From Bacteroidia bacterium (GTDB taxonomy: Bacteria; Bacteroidota; Bacteroidia; NS11-12g; UBA9320), in assembly GCA_965216465.1 (NCBI GenBank), contig CBDCFW010000002.1, positions 48,747-112,746 of the forward strand: 64,000 nucleotides of DNA, given 5' to 3'. Of this stretch, positions 10,244 to 20,281 are shown one piece after another. The notes under the pieces are model-generated. The model was not told where the DNA came from. It did not search any database and saw nothing but the letters and a program-made list of their open reading frames with translations. The position numbers and the translations under genes are program-made. Position 1 is the stretch's first letter, and each line of letters starts with the position of its first letter.

Positions 10244-11128
10244 ATGAACAGAAAAGAATTTATCGTAAAATCTGCCGGAACGGTAGCAGCTTTAACCCTT
10301 AGTAAGTGGATTCATGCACAGCAAATTGAATCTCCGACTGAAGGAGGCTTCTTGTTTTTTTACAAACATGTAAAGGAAACTAAAAACGGATCTGTTTTTG
10401 ATGTTCAATACTTCTTTGAAATTTCAGATTCCCTTAAGAACTGTGAAGAAGGAGTGATTAAGCTACGTGTATCACAACTCCCTGAGGGGATTTCAGATGA
10501 AAGCTTGAGCCAAGTTGCAATCTATACAGCACAAATGAAGAAGTGCAAGCCCGAAGGAGAATTCCCAGTTTATGCCTCGATCAAATGTAAAAAATGGGAC
10601 TTACAAGAGGGGCCGAACCTTTTACAATTCACCTCGATAGACAAAAGCCTGAAAAGAAAGTTTATTCTTGAGTTGTCGAGAAGAGGAGATACAAATTACT
10701 TGGAGTTAAAACGTAAGAAAAAGTCCTTGCTGTATGCAGAAGAATATGAAATCGCACCAGAGAGTAGCGGCTCAGATGATGGATGTTACCTAACGACTAT
10801 TTGTGTTGAACACTTACGTAAGCCAGATGATTGCTATGAGTTAAATACACTACGTAGGTTTAGAGACGAGTATGTCAGCAAATTTGAAAATGGTGAATGG
10901 GTTAAAAAGTACTATGAAATTGCTCCAGGAATTGTAGAATTCATCAGAAAGCAAAAGCACGCAGAAAACATTTTAAGCCTGATGTATAATGACTTGGTTT
11001 TGCACACAATTCAACGAATAGAACGAAACGATTTAAAAGGTGCAATGGATTATTATATGGATTATTCTATGACTTTAAGTGGGCTGATATCCGACAAAAC
11101 TGCTCTTATAAGTGATTCTTATGATTAG
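10244..11128 (+). CDS. Tat-like signal protein with C-terminal CFI-box-CTERM-like domain
   Basis: N-terminal MNRKEFI (Tat-like, RK variant); C-terminal GCYLTTIC...CYELNTLRRFRD...YYEIAP matches the CFI-box pattern (GCFIATA...LRxFRD...YY..P). Confidence 0.7.
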   Translation: MNRKEFIVKSAGTVAALTLSKWIHAQQIESPTEGGFLFFYKHVKETKNGSVFDVQYFFEISDSLKNCEEGVIKLRVSQLPEGISDESLSQVAIYTAQMKKCKPEGEFPVYASIKCKKWDLQEGPNLLQFTSIDKSLKRKFILELSRRGDTNYLELKRKKKSLLYAEEYEIAPESSGSDDGCYLTTICVEHLRKPDDCYELNTLRRFRDEYVSKFENGEWVKKYYEIAPGIVEFIRKQKHAENILSLMYNDLVLHTIQRIERNDLKGAMDYYMDYSMTLSGLISDKTALISDSYD

Positions 11129-11246
11129 CAGTTTTAAGATGAATTGGTAGGATTCTGAGCCATCTAATTGTGTCAGCCATGTTGTGCCCATTCTATTCTG
11201 AAATAAAGCTTGTTCAAAACCAAAAGGAAATTGTTAATTTGCACCT

Positions 11247-12356
11247 ATGTCAACAGAGAGCACATCACTTAAGCGAACTTCGCTTTACAATAAGCACATC
11301 GAGCTAGGAGCTAAAATGGTTCCATTTGCAGGTTACGAAATGCCCGTTCAATATGAAGGCTTGACCCCAGAACATCATGCAGTTAGAGATTCTGTAGGAA
11401 TGTTTGATGTTAGTCACATGGGTGAATTTGGCGTAAAGGGTAAAGATGCTGAAGCATTAGTTGCTTGGATTTGTTCAAACAACATAAGCAAAGTTGTTGA
11501 TATGCAGGCACAATACAACTGCATGCCAAATGATGAAGGAGGTATTGTTGATGACCTAATCGTTTACCGATGGAATCAGGAAGAGTACACCTTAGTTGTT
11601 AATGCAAGCAATATTGAAAAAGACTGGAATTGGATTCAAAAAAAGAAAGAAGAAAAAGGATTCGAATGTCAGCTTGAAAATATGTCTGAAGATGTGTCGT
11701 TAATTGCTGTTCAAGGTCCAAATGCGATTAAAGTAGTACAGAAATTAACTGAAATCGATTTATCTGCAATAAAATTCTATCACTTTGCCGCTGGAGCATT
11801 AGGAGGAAGTAACGATGTCGTTATATCAAATACAGGTTATACCGGTTCTGGAGGATTTGAACTTTATGTTTGGAACAAAGAGGCTGAAATGATTTGGGAT
11901 GCATTGGTTGAAGCTGGTGACGAATTTAACATCAAACCATGTGGTCTTGGAGCAAGAGACACACTGCGCTTAGAAAAAGGATACTGCCTATACGGCAACG
12001 ATATTGATGATACCACTTCTCCAATAGAAGCAGGATTGGGTTGGATTACCAAATTTGCTGAACCTTTTAATAATCAAGCTTACCACAAAGACTTAAAAGA
12101 GAATGGTGTAAGCCGAAAACTTGTTGGATTTGAAATGATTGATAGAGGCATTCCTCGTCAGCATTATGAATTGGTTGACGGTGAAGGAAATGTGATTGGA
12201 GAAGTTACTAGTGGAACGCAAAGCCCTAGTCTTGGAAAGGCCATAGGTATGGGTTATGTGAAGCCTGAATTTACTGCCGTTGATACGGAGATTTTTGTTC
12301 AGGTTCGTAAAAAACAACTGAAAGCCAAAGTGGTTAAAATTCCATTTCTCTCTTAA
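11247..12356 (+). CDS. gcvT: Glycine cleavage system aminomethyltransferase T
   Basis: MVPFAGYEMPVQY, FDVSHMGEF, TGYTGSGGFE, GLGARDTLRLEKG. Confidence 0.97.
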   Translation: MSTESTSLKRTSLYNKHIELGAKMVPFAGYEMPVQYEGLTPEHHAVRDSVGMFDVSHMGEFGVKGKDAEALVAWICSNNISKVVDMQAQYNCMPNDEGGIVDDLIVYRWNQEEYTLVVNASNIEKDWNWIQKKKEEKGFECQLENMSEDVSLIAVQGPNAIKVVQKLTEIDLSAIKFYHFAAGALGGSNDVVISNTGYTGSGGFELYVWNKEAEMIWDALVEAGDEFNIKPCGLGARDTLRLEKGYCLYGNDIDDTTSPIEAGLGWITKFAEPFNNQAYHKDLKENGVSRKLVGFEMIDRGIPRQHYELVDGEGNVIGEVTSGTQSPSLGKAIGMGYVKPEFTAVDTEIFVQVRKKQLKAKVVKIPFLS

Positions 12357-12358
12357 GT

Positions 12359-13345
12359 TTGAGATCTCTTCTTGGAATACTATGCTTATTTATTCTTATT
12401 GATTCTGCACGGAGTCAAAACGATAGTATACATTTAGTTTTTGGATATGCTGACAGCACAGAAATTGCAGTTGAGGTATTATCCGACAATCCAGATCTTG
12501 AACCTAAATCAATAGTACTTGCTGGACTTGGCAGCATTGGGAGTGCAGAAAGTGGTGCACTTGCCACACAGCTCGAATTTCGTCAAGTACTTGGTCAATA
12601 TTTAAGTTTTGATGCACGATGGGCTGGAACAATTCAAGACGCTAGTAAGGATTTAAAAAGTTCTATCGATCTTATTGCTCATTTAGCCTTATTTAACATG
12701 CAATCTAAAGCTCCCATGAGTATTAAGCTGTTAGATGTTAAAGTAGAGGATGATAAAAGAACCTACAAGCAACCATTCTATGCCCAACATCCTTTTCAAG
12801 TTAGGCACGATGTGAGAATGGATTTCGGAATATCGGTTGTGAGTGATCGATCAAAACACCATTTTAATACCATTAATGCTAAACAAAGCTTTTATACAGG
12901 TTCGAGCTTCAATAACACAAACGCTTTATTAGGCTTAAGTTATTCGAGAACAAGAAGGGTGAAGCTAAAGATCAATGGATTGAAAGAAAGTGATTACTAT
13001 GGGAAACTAAACATAGGTGCCCATGCAGCTTATAATCTTTCTAACTCTGCAACATTTAGTTTGTGTGCTTTTAATACGGATACAATTTGCATAGCACAAA
13101 ACCTCGATGAAATTGAGTCTTTGGACCTGTATAAATTAGGTTATGGATTTGATGTAGGATACACCTTTTTAACAGCTAAGCCAAAATGGGTTATGTCGTT
13201 TGAGTTTAAAGGCAGATTTATTCCTGCATATTTTGGCGATGCTCATTTCTATGACGATAATGCCTATGAACTAATTGAAGATTATAAGTTTGGTTCTAGT
13301 ATTTGGGTAATGCCTTCCATATCAGTTGGGTACATACTTAATTAG
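12359..13345 (+). CDS. Exported hypothetical protein, probable outer-membrane beta-barrel
   Basis: TTG start, signal peptide, amphipathic strands, C-terminal ISVGYILN. Confidence 0.6.
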   Translation: MRSLLGILCLFILIDSARSQNDSIHLVFGYADSTEIAVEVLSDNPDLEPKSIVLAGLGSIGSAESGALATQLEFRQVLGQYLSFDARWAGTIQDASKDLKSSIDLIAHLALFNMQSKAPMSIKLLDVKVEDDKRTYKQPFYAQHPFQVRHDVRMDFGISVVSDRSKHHFNTINAKQSFYTGSSFNNTNALLGLSYSRTRRVKLKINGLKESDYYGKLNIGAHAAYNLSNSATFSLCAFNTDTICIAQNLDEIESLDLYKLGYGFDVGYTFLTAKPKWVMSFEFKGRFIPAYFGDAHFYDDNAYELIEDYKFGSSIWVMPSISVGYILN

Positions 13346-13389
13346 CAATATAAATCCATTCTAAAGACATGATTTTATAACTTCGTCGC

Positions 13390-13899
13390 ATGGCGAAAGA
13401 ATTGTTTGAGGTACGATTACGATTCAAGAAGTTATCTCCAGAAACACCGGAACAAATAGTAGAGAAAGTTAAGGGCATCCTGGCTCAGAATCAAGATAAG
13501 ATTGTTGGAAGGATAACACACAATCACATTCGAATTAGAATAGCCGAAAAGGATCGCCACTTTTGGTCTCCCCAATTATCACTCAATCTCGAAGAAACAG
13601 GATTAGGTACTGAGATTAGGGGTCTATATGGGCCTAAACCTGATATTTGGCTAGGTTACATGTTTACTTACTTCTTTCTAGGTTTTGTGACACTGGCCGT
13701 TTCAGTGGTTGGATTCTCACGCTATAACTTGGGGATGTCTTCTTATATCTTGTGGGCGATTCCTTTTATTCTGGGCGGGGTTTTTGTACTATGGATAACG
13801 AGCAGAACAGGTCAAAGGCTAGGTAAAGATGAAACACATCTTATTCATAATCTTATCAAACCAGAAATACTTGCTCAAGCAAAAGACATTGAAGACTAA
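13390..13899 (+). CDS. Conserved hypothetical membrane protein (two TM helices)
   Basis: 169 aa, HFWSPQLSL motif, two C-terminal hydrophobic helices; TAACTTCG -7-like element just upstream. Confidence 0.7.
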   Translation: MAKELFEVRLRFKKLSPETPEQIVEKVKGILAQNQDKIVGRITHNHIRIRIAEKDRHFWSPQLSLNLEETGLGTEIRGLYGPKPDIWLGYMFTYFFLGFVTLAVSVVGFSRYNLGMSSYILWAIPFILGGVFVLWITSRTGQRLGKDETHLIHNLIKPEILAQAKDIED

Positions 13900-13946
13900 A
13901 GCTTAAAAATTGTGTGGAATAAACTAAGGCTAATTACCTTTGTGCC

Positions 13947-14393
13947 ATGAGTCTTTCAGAACAAATATCAGATCAGCTTAAAACCGCCATGAAGGCTAAA
14001 GATCAAGCTGCACTACGTGCTTTAAGAGCAATAAAGTCTGCACTTCTGCTTTTGCAAACGCAAGAAGGAAATAAGGAGGTTACCCCTCAAGATGAAGTTG
14101 CAGCATTGGTTAAGATGGCGAAACAACGCAAAGACTCCATTAAAATTTATCTGGAACAGAATAGAGAAGATTTAGCTACTACAGAACAAGAAGAGCTGGA
14201 GGTTATAGAACGTTTTCTTCCTAAACAACTAAGTGAAGCGGAGGTAGAAGCAGAGGTGTCAGCCATCATCGCTCAAACTGGAGCTGAAGGTATGAAAGAT
14301 ATGGGTAAGGTAATGGGTGTAGCATCAGGCAAACTAAAAGGTAAAGCTGAAGGAAAGATGATTGCTGACGTTGTAAAACGAATGCTAGCTTAA
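13947..14393 (+). CDS. GatB/YqeY domain protein
   Basis: LKTAMKAKD, KQRKDSI, FLPKQLSE, GMKDMGKVMG. Confidence 0.92.
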   Translation: MSLSEQISDQLKTAMKAKDQAALRALRAIKSALLLLQTQEGNKEVTPQDEVAALVKMAKQRKDSIKIYLEQNREDLATTEQEELEVIERFLPKQLSEAEVEAEVSAIIAQTGAEGMKDMGKVMGVASGKLKGKAEGKMIADVVKRMLA

Positions 14394-16298
14394 AATAGCT
14401 CGGAGGTCATCAAAGACCTCATAATTCCTGGCGTAAAGCTTATTCAAGTTGTCTTGAAACTGAGGAGACGACTGTTTTAACATGTAATTTGTTGTAATTA
14501 CTCCAGGTCGCAAGCTTGGTAGGTCCTCTAAATTATCTCCGGCATATCCAACCCATGTTTTGGCTCCGAACATCACATTAAAGATGTTAAGTATTAATTT
14601 GTTTTTGGCTGGTATAAAGAATAGTACAGGAGTGAGGCATAATACCACTAGAGACGCAATGATATCGAAACCTCTTTTACGTCTTCGGTACTCGCTTTTA
14701 GATAAATTCAGTTCAATTTGTTCTCCAAAGTACAAGCCGTTGGCATTTTTGCTCTGGCTTCCGATAACAAAATCGCTGTTAGCGGGTATGGTAAAATAAT
14801 TTACTCCTGAACCAATTTTATTCATGTATTGGAGCGTTTGTGCAGTGCTTACAAAATCTCCACTGAAAATTATTTCGTTGATGTTGTATATCTTAACAAT
14901 CTCCTCAAGCTGATTTAACTGCCCAAGCCAATTAGCATCATCAGACTTTTCATCGAACACGAAACCTATTTGCTGGTAGTTTTTGCCTGTCGACTTTAAG
15001 ATATCAGTGACCATTGACCACTTCTTTGGAGAGCCGACTAAGATGCTTTTTGTTGAGCTTCTTTGGCTGAAATCAAAGGTTCTATACTTGATAAAGTGAT
15101 AAATAAATCGCTCAATAAGCAATGTTGCAGTAACCACTAGGGTTCCAAAAAGTATTATACCCCGACTGAAATGCAATTCGTTGGGAAGCAATCCATAAAT
15201 GGTTACAATCAAAATTGTTCCTATTGCTATTCCGCGAAAGAGTTTACTGAAGTTGAAAGGGCTGCTATAACTTCCTATAAACCATAAACTTAACACCCAA
15301 GTTATAGTGTAATATGGGAGGTGTATCGTCATCATTTCCCTTGGATATGATTTAATGAATTTTATATGTTCTTCCCAGTATTCTTTCAGGCTAACCATTG
15401 CAAAGAATATTAAGGCTATTTCAATTATTGGAAGCCAAAATTTCTTTATAAAGTTAGCGACTAGTGCAACGGTTGCTCGTGCGTAAATGGCTAGGTTAAT
15501 AAAAAACGTAAAGAGGTTTTTATTGCTACCTGTATAGTGTTTTTGAGCGAAGATGATCATCGCATTATAAAACACGCGAACATAATTGGTGCTTAATCGT
15601 TTCGTACTTTCTCCCTTATAGTGTATGATTGAGGTGTCAGCAAAGTAGAAATTCTTGTAGCCCGCTTGTGTAATTCTGTAGCTGAGGTCTATGTCTTCAC
15701 CGTACATGAAAAAGGTTTCATCCAGTAAACCAACCTCGTCCAGAACACTTTTTTTCATGAACATGAAGGCTCCAGAAAGAATTTCAACTTCATTGGTCTC
15801 ATTTTTAGGAAGGTATCCCAAGTGGTACTTGCCAAATTTTTTAGATCGAGGAAACAATCGGTTAAGTCCAATCATTTTGTACAATGCCACCTCTGGAGTT
15901 GGCAGTCCTCTTTTGCTTTCAGGAAGGAAGTTTCCCTGGCCATCGACCATATGAACTCCACACGCACCAAATCGATCTTGACTTTCGGCAAATTGGAGCA
16001 GTTTCGCAAAGCAATCTTCTGGAACTACAGTGTCAGGATTTAGCAACAAAACATAGTCTCCCGTGCTCGCTTTTATAGCTTGATTATTTGCCTTGCTAAA
16101 GCCAACATTTTCAGAATTGCTTATCAGCTTAACACTAGGAAATTTCTGTGAGACCATTTCACATGAGCCGTCAACCGAATTGTTGTCCACAACAAACACC
16201 TCTGCCTCAATACCAGGAATGGCAGATTCAACCGACTTCAAGCATTGCTCTAAAAAGTGCTTTACGTTGTAATTTACTATGACGATTGAAAGCTTCAT
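14385..16298 (-). CDS. GT2 glycosyltransferase fused to TM segments, a Rossmann-like domain and a truncated phosphoglycosyl-transferase-like tail
   Basis: IVIVNYN, VVDNNSVDGS, LLLNPD, FFMYGEDID; four to five TM helices; KRGFDIIAS near the C-terminus. Confidence 0.85.
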   Translation of the reverse strand: MKLSIVIVNYNVKHFLEQCLKSVESAIPGIEAEVFVVDNNSVDGSCEMVSQKFPSVKLISNSENVGFSKANNQAIKASTGDYVLLLNPDTVVPEDCFAKLLQFAESQDRFGACGVHMVDGQGNFLPESKRGLPTPEVALYKMIGLNRLFPRSKKFGKYHLGYLPKNETNEVEILSGAFMFMKKSVLDEVGLLDETFFMYGEDIDLSYRITQAGYKNFYFADTSIIHYKGESTKRLSTNYVRVFYNAMIIFAQKHYTGSNKNLFTFFINLAIYARATVALVANFIKKFWLPIIEIALIFFAMVSLKEYWEEHIKFIKSYPREMMTIHLPYYTITWVLSLWFIGSYSSPFNFSKLFRGIAIGTILIVTIYGLLPNELHFSRGIILFGTLVVTATLLIERFIYHFIKYRTFDFSQRSSTKSILVGSPKKWSMVTDILKSTGKNYQQIGFVFDEKSDDANWLGQLNQLEEIVKIYNINEIIFSGDFVSTAQTLQYMNKIGSGVNYFTIPANSDFVIGSQSKNANGLYFGEQIELNLSKSEYRRRKRGFDIIASLVVLCLTPVLFFIPAKNKLILNIFNVMFGAKTWVGYAGDNLEDLPSLRPGVITTNYMLKQSSPQFQDNLNKLYARNYEVFDDLRAILS

Positions 16299-16455
16299 TT
16301 CAACTTGGCAAACTTAACTTTTTCTCTGCTACTCTGGATGTTTCGCTAATTTTTGGTCGAATTAGTCTCATAAAATGATAAATAGTTAGAAACAGACATA
16401 TAGTTTCTACTTAAAATGTGCGTTGTACCAGAAGTCAAATTAAATTCGCAGAGAA

Positions 16456-18462
16456 TTGATGCAGTTTCACAATCCAAATTTTCTATGGGCTCTTGGGTGT
16501 TTAGCAATACCTGTCATCATACACCTATTTAATTTTAGAAGGTATAAGCGTGTGGTGTTCAGCAACGTTGAAATGTTGAAACAGATAAAGACACAAAGCC
16601 AGAAAACGAGGCAACTCAAAAAGTATTTAGTTCTTATATCAAGACTCTTAGCAATTGCATGCATTGTATTAGCCTTTGCTCGTCCTTACTTGCCAATAGA
16701 AGGGAAAGTGTCGGGTTCAAGTTTATACAGTATCTATCTCGATAACTCAAATAGCATGAATGCGGTTGGAGAGAAGGGGCAATTGTTTGAAGAATCAAAA
16801 AATGCTGCAAGAGAAATTGTTCAATCTCTTCCACAATCGGCAGAAGTGCAAATTATTGACAATAACTTTAATCGCAGAAGTGCAAAGGTTATATCAACAA
16901 CAAGTGCATTAAGCTTAATCGATGAGCTAGAGATCAGCAATGAGCCAAATGATATTAATCTAGCGTTTCAAAAAGCAAATAAGGCATATAACGAACAAGG
17001 GTTTGAAGGATTAAATGTTTTTGTTGTTAGTGACTTGCAGAAAACAGTTGAACTTCAAGAATCGGAGTTGGATTCAAATACTTCAATGTATTTGGTGAAG
17101 CCAGAGCCATTGGCACTTCAAAACTTATCCATAGACTCTGCATGGCTTGAATCTCCAATAAATAAATTGGGAGACCCGATTAGCGTGCAAGTTCAAATCA
17201 GTAATAATGGTGATGCATATGTTGAGTCTGCAACGCTCAATTTGGAAGTAAACGATGCAAATCATGGCTTAGAAAGTTTTGAAATTGACGCTCATTCTTC
17301 TCTGGTTTTAACCATGGCTTTTATTCCTCGGGAGACCGGATGGTTAACAGGTAGTTTTTCAATAAATGATGTTCCAGTAGTTTTTGATAACGATTACTAT
17401 TTCAGTCTCTACGTTAAAAAGAAATTACGCATTCTTGAAATAGGAGAGCAAAGTGAAAATTTACAAAAAGTTTTTATGCAGGATGAAGCATTTGAGCTAG
17501 TGAATCAGGGTGTTGGTGGGCTGTCTTACAGTGATCTAGGGTCTTTCGACTTTATTATTACAAACGAGTTAAAAACCATCAGTTCTGGCATGGCTGAACA
17601 GCTTAAACTTTATGTTGAGAACGGTGGAGTGCTTTGCATTGTTCCTGGTGTTAATAGCCCTGAGTATGATGACCTTTTAAGTCAATTACCGCTGCATCAA
17701 TACGGAAGGTTGGTCAAGAAAGACATTAGTATTGATCCTAAAGGACTTAACAATCCCTTTTTTGATGGCATATATAAACGCAAGCCAGAGAATAGTTTCT
17801 TGCCAAAGCTAAAAAGTAGTTACAAGCTGTCGGGGAGTACGCGAAGTCAGCAACTACTGGCACTAAAAGATGGTTCTCCTGTTTTAAGTATGATGAACTG
17901 GAAGAAGGGAGTAGTTTACCAGTTTGGGATGCCAATGGATGCTTCTATAAGTAATTTCTCAAGTCATGAGTTGTATGTTCTTACCTTGCTTAAAATGGCT
18001 TTTAGCAAATCAAGCAAGCAAGAACTGGCAACGACTTTATCCAATCGACAAGGCATAGAATTACCCTACTTTGAAGACCAATCGGAATTGGTGAAATTGA
18101 AAAACGATGAATCTGAGGTAGTTGTTGAGTCGTCGTTCTCTGGAGGAATAGCAAGAATTTGGTTGAACGAAGCCGTGTCAAATGCCGGAGTATATCAAGT
18201 ACTCGATGAGAAGGACCAATTGAAGTCGTATTGTGCAATTAATAATTCGAGAAGAGAGTCGCGACAAGAATATTATTCCAATGAAGAATTGGTTGATGCG
18301 TTTGGAGCTTCAAATATTAAAATACTTAAACCCAATACAGCATCAATAGCAACAGTTGCTAACGATATTTCGTCGGGTCGTCAGCTGTGGAAAGTCTTCA
18401 TTATTCTAAGTTTGATTTTTCTAATGGTTGAAATACTTTTGTTGAGATTTATTAAATCATAA
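16456..18462 (+). CDS. BatA-domain / vWA-like membrane protein
   Basis: N-terminal BatA motif (FHNPNFLWAL..IPVIIHLFNFRRYKRVVFSN), YLDNSNSM vWA MIDAS-like motif, VVSDLQ, C-terminal TM LWKVFIILSLIFLMVE. Confidence 0.85.
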   Translation: MMQFHNPNFLWALGCLAIPVIIHLFNFRRYKRVVFSNVEMLKQIKTQSQKTRQLKKYLVLISRLLAIACIVLAFARPYLPIEGKVSGSSLYSIYLDNSNSMNAVGEKGQLFEESKNAAREIVQSLPQSAEVQIIDNNFNRRSAKVISTTSALSLIDELEISNEPNDINLAFQKANKAYNEQGFEGLNVFVVSDLQKTVELQESELDSNTSMYLVKPEPLALQNLSIDSAWLESPINKLGDPISVQVQISNNGDAYVESATLNLEVNDANHGLESFEIDAHSSLVLTMAFIPRETGWLTGSFSINDVPVVFDNDYYFSLYVKKKLRILEIGEQSENLQKVFMQDEAFELVNQGVGGLSYSDLGSFDFIITNELKTISSGMAEQLKLYVENGGVLCIVPGVNSPEYDDLLSQLPLHQYGRLVKKDISIDPKGLNNPFFDGIYKRKPENSFLPKLKSSYKLSGSTRSQQLLALKDGSPVLSMMNWKKGVVYQFGMPMDASISNFSSHELYVLTLLKMAFSKSSKQELATTLSNRQGIELPYFEDQSELVKLKNDESEVVVESSFSGGIARIWLNEAVSNAGVYQVLDEKDQLKSYCAINNSRRESRQEYYSNEELVDAFGASNIKILKPNTASIATVANDISSGRQLWKVFIILSLIFLMVEILLLRFIKS

Positions 18463-18465
18463 CAA

Positions 18466-19728
18466 GTGCCTAAATCGTATATCATTCGCAATGCTACATT
18501 AGTCAATTCAGGGCATTCTAAGCATTTAAAAAAGACAGACATTTTAATCTCCAATGGAGTTATTCAAAAAATTGGTTCAAAGCTTAAAGGTGATGAGGTA
18601 ATTAGTGGCGATGAGCTTTACGTAAGCTCAGGTTGGGTTGATTTAAGAGTGCATCTTTCCGATCCAGGAGAAGAGTATAAAGATTCTGTAGGTACGCTAT
18701 TAGAAACAGCAAGCAGTTCGGGCTTTACAACCATTTGCACACTACCAAATTCGAAACCAGCGATTAACAATAAGTCTGCAATTCAATATCTTTTGAGCAA
18801 TGCCGGCAATAATCTGGTGAATTTGCTTCCAACAGGCTTGCTTTCAGATGCGAAAAACGCTGAAAATCTTTCTGAATTGTTTGATATGCACAATACAGGA
18901 GCCGTTGCATTTACAAATGGTGACCAACCTATAAGTGCGGGAGTGCTGAAAAAAGCCTTGTTGTACACTAAGCCCTTTAATGCACCTGTAATGACCTTGC
19001 CCATGGATGAGTCTTTACACAAAGGAGGGTTAATCAACGAAAGCGAAACAACTATTCATACTGGATTGAAAACAAGTCCTGGTATTGCAGAGTATATTGC
19101 TGTTAGACAACAGCTTGACATTGCCAAATATTGCGATGCTCCAATTCATCTAAGTAATATCACCACTAAGGAGTCTGTTGAGTTAATCGCTGCTGCAAAA
19201 AAGAGTGGGATTGAAGTAACTTGCGATGTCAGTATCTTCCATTTGTGTTTCACGGATAATGAAGTATTGTCGTTTGATGAAAACTTTAAGCTTTATCCAC
19301 CGCTTCGTTCTGAGAAAGATAGAAAGGCACTTATTAAAGGAGTGAATAACGGAACAATTGATGCTATTTCAAGCAATCATCATCCACAGGATATTGAGTC
19401 AAAACAAATGGAGTTTGACTACGCTGAGTTCGGGTCACTGAGCCAGCAATTTGTATACCCATGGTATTTGAAGTATCTTTCGAAACAAATTGATTTAGAA
19501 GTATTTGTTACTAAATTGACCAACGGGGCAACCAATGTGTTGAGAAGAGAGTCTTCAGAACTGAAGGAAGGCAGCATTGCAAATGTTACGGTGTTTGACG
19601 CGAAACGAAGTTGGAAATTTAACGAGAAGACCAATCAATCGAACTCAAAAAATACGCACATGTGGCAACAAGAATTACAAGGAGGAGTTGTGGCTGTGTT
19701 TAACAATAAAAAACTAAAGAAATATTAA
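18466..19728 (+). CDS. Dihydroorotase-like protein, probably catalytically inactive
   Basis: Amidohydrolase fold (GFTTICTLPNSKP, FKLYPPLRSEKD), but metal and catalytic ligands are substituted (DLRVH, AFTNG, SSNHHP). Confidence 0.8.
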   Translation: MPKSYIIRNATLVNSGHSKHLKKTDILISNGVIQKIGSKLKGDEVISGDELYVSSGWVDLRVHLSDPGEEYKDSVGTLLETASSSGFTTICTLPNSKPAINNKSAIQYLLSNAGNNLVNLLPTGLLSDAKNAENLSELFDMHNTGAVAFTNGDQPISAGVLKKALLYTKPFNAPVMTLPMDESLHKGGLINESETTIHTGLKTSPGIAEYIAVRQQLDIAKYCDAPIHLSNITTKESVELIAAAKKSGIEVTCDVSIFHLCFTDNEVLSFDENFKLYPPLRSEKDRKALIKGVNNGTIDAISSNHHPQDIESKQMEFDYAEFGSLSQQFVYPWYLKYLSKQIDLEVFVTKLTNGATNVLRRESSELKEGSIANVTVFDAKRSWKFNEKTNQSNSKNTHMWQQELQGGVVAVFNNKKLKKY

Positions 19729-19729
19729 T

Positions 19730-20281
19730 ATGGAAAATTATAAACCAGTAATTAAAAGAGGTGTAATGATGGGGGTTATTGGAATCCTCATATTCGTGAT
19801 TGTTTATGCAATCGACCCGATGTTCTTTGCTAAAATGCAAGGTTGGATTCTCATGTTCGGTGTAAACCTGCTTGCTTTACCTATCGTATTTATGATATTA
19901 GGAGCACGAGATTGCAAGCCTAACTTTTCTCCTTACAAGTTTGGTAATGCATTTAACGCAGCATTTTTTACAGGTATTGTGTCAGCAGTTGTGGTATTAC
20001 TTTTCAATATCCTTTTCATAACGGTAATCGATCCAGGATGGGAGGCAGAATTGAAACAAGCTTCACTTGAAACTTCAGCAGAAATGATGGAGAAATTTGG
20101 AGCCAGTGAAGAAGATATCGAGAAAAACATGGAGATTGCTGAAGAGAAAATTGCTAACGCTCCATCAGGAGTCATGAATCAAATAATGTCAACAGGCCAG
20201 GGCTTGGTTTGGTATGCGATTTTAGCACTCATAATTGGTGCGGTTCAAAAAGATAAAAAACTGCAAGTAGTTGAAGAATAA
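19730..20281 (+). CDS. DUF4199-like membrane protein
   Basis: Four TM helices with an acidic helical loop after VIDP; usual position upstream of GT2 in Bacteroidota. Confidence 0.7.
   Translation: MENYKPVIKRGVMMGVIGILIFVIVYAIDPMFFAKMQGWILMFGVNLLALPIVFMILGARDCKPNFSPYKFGNAFNAAFFTGIVSAVVVLLFNILFITVIDPGWEAELKQASLETSAEMMEKFGASEEDIEKNMEIAEEKIANAPSGVMNQIMSTGQGLVWYAILALIIGAVQKDKKLQVVEE

Noticed and set aside
3077-12356. sucB, menD and gcvT separated from their pathway partners
   Set aside because: Scattered pathway genes are common in Bacteroidota genomes, so this is unremarkable
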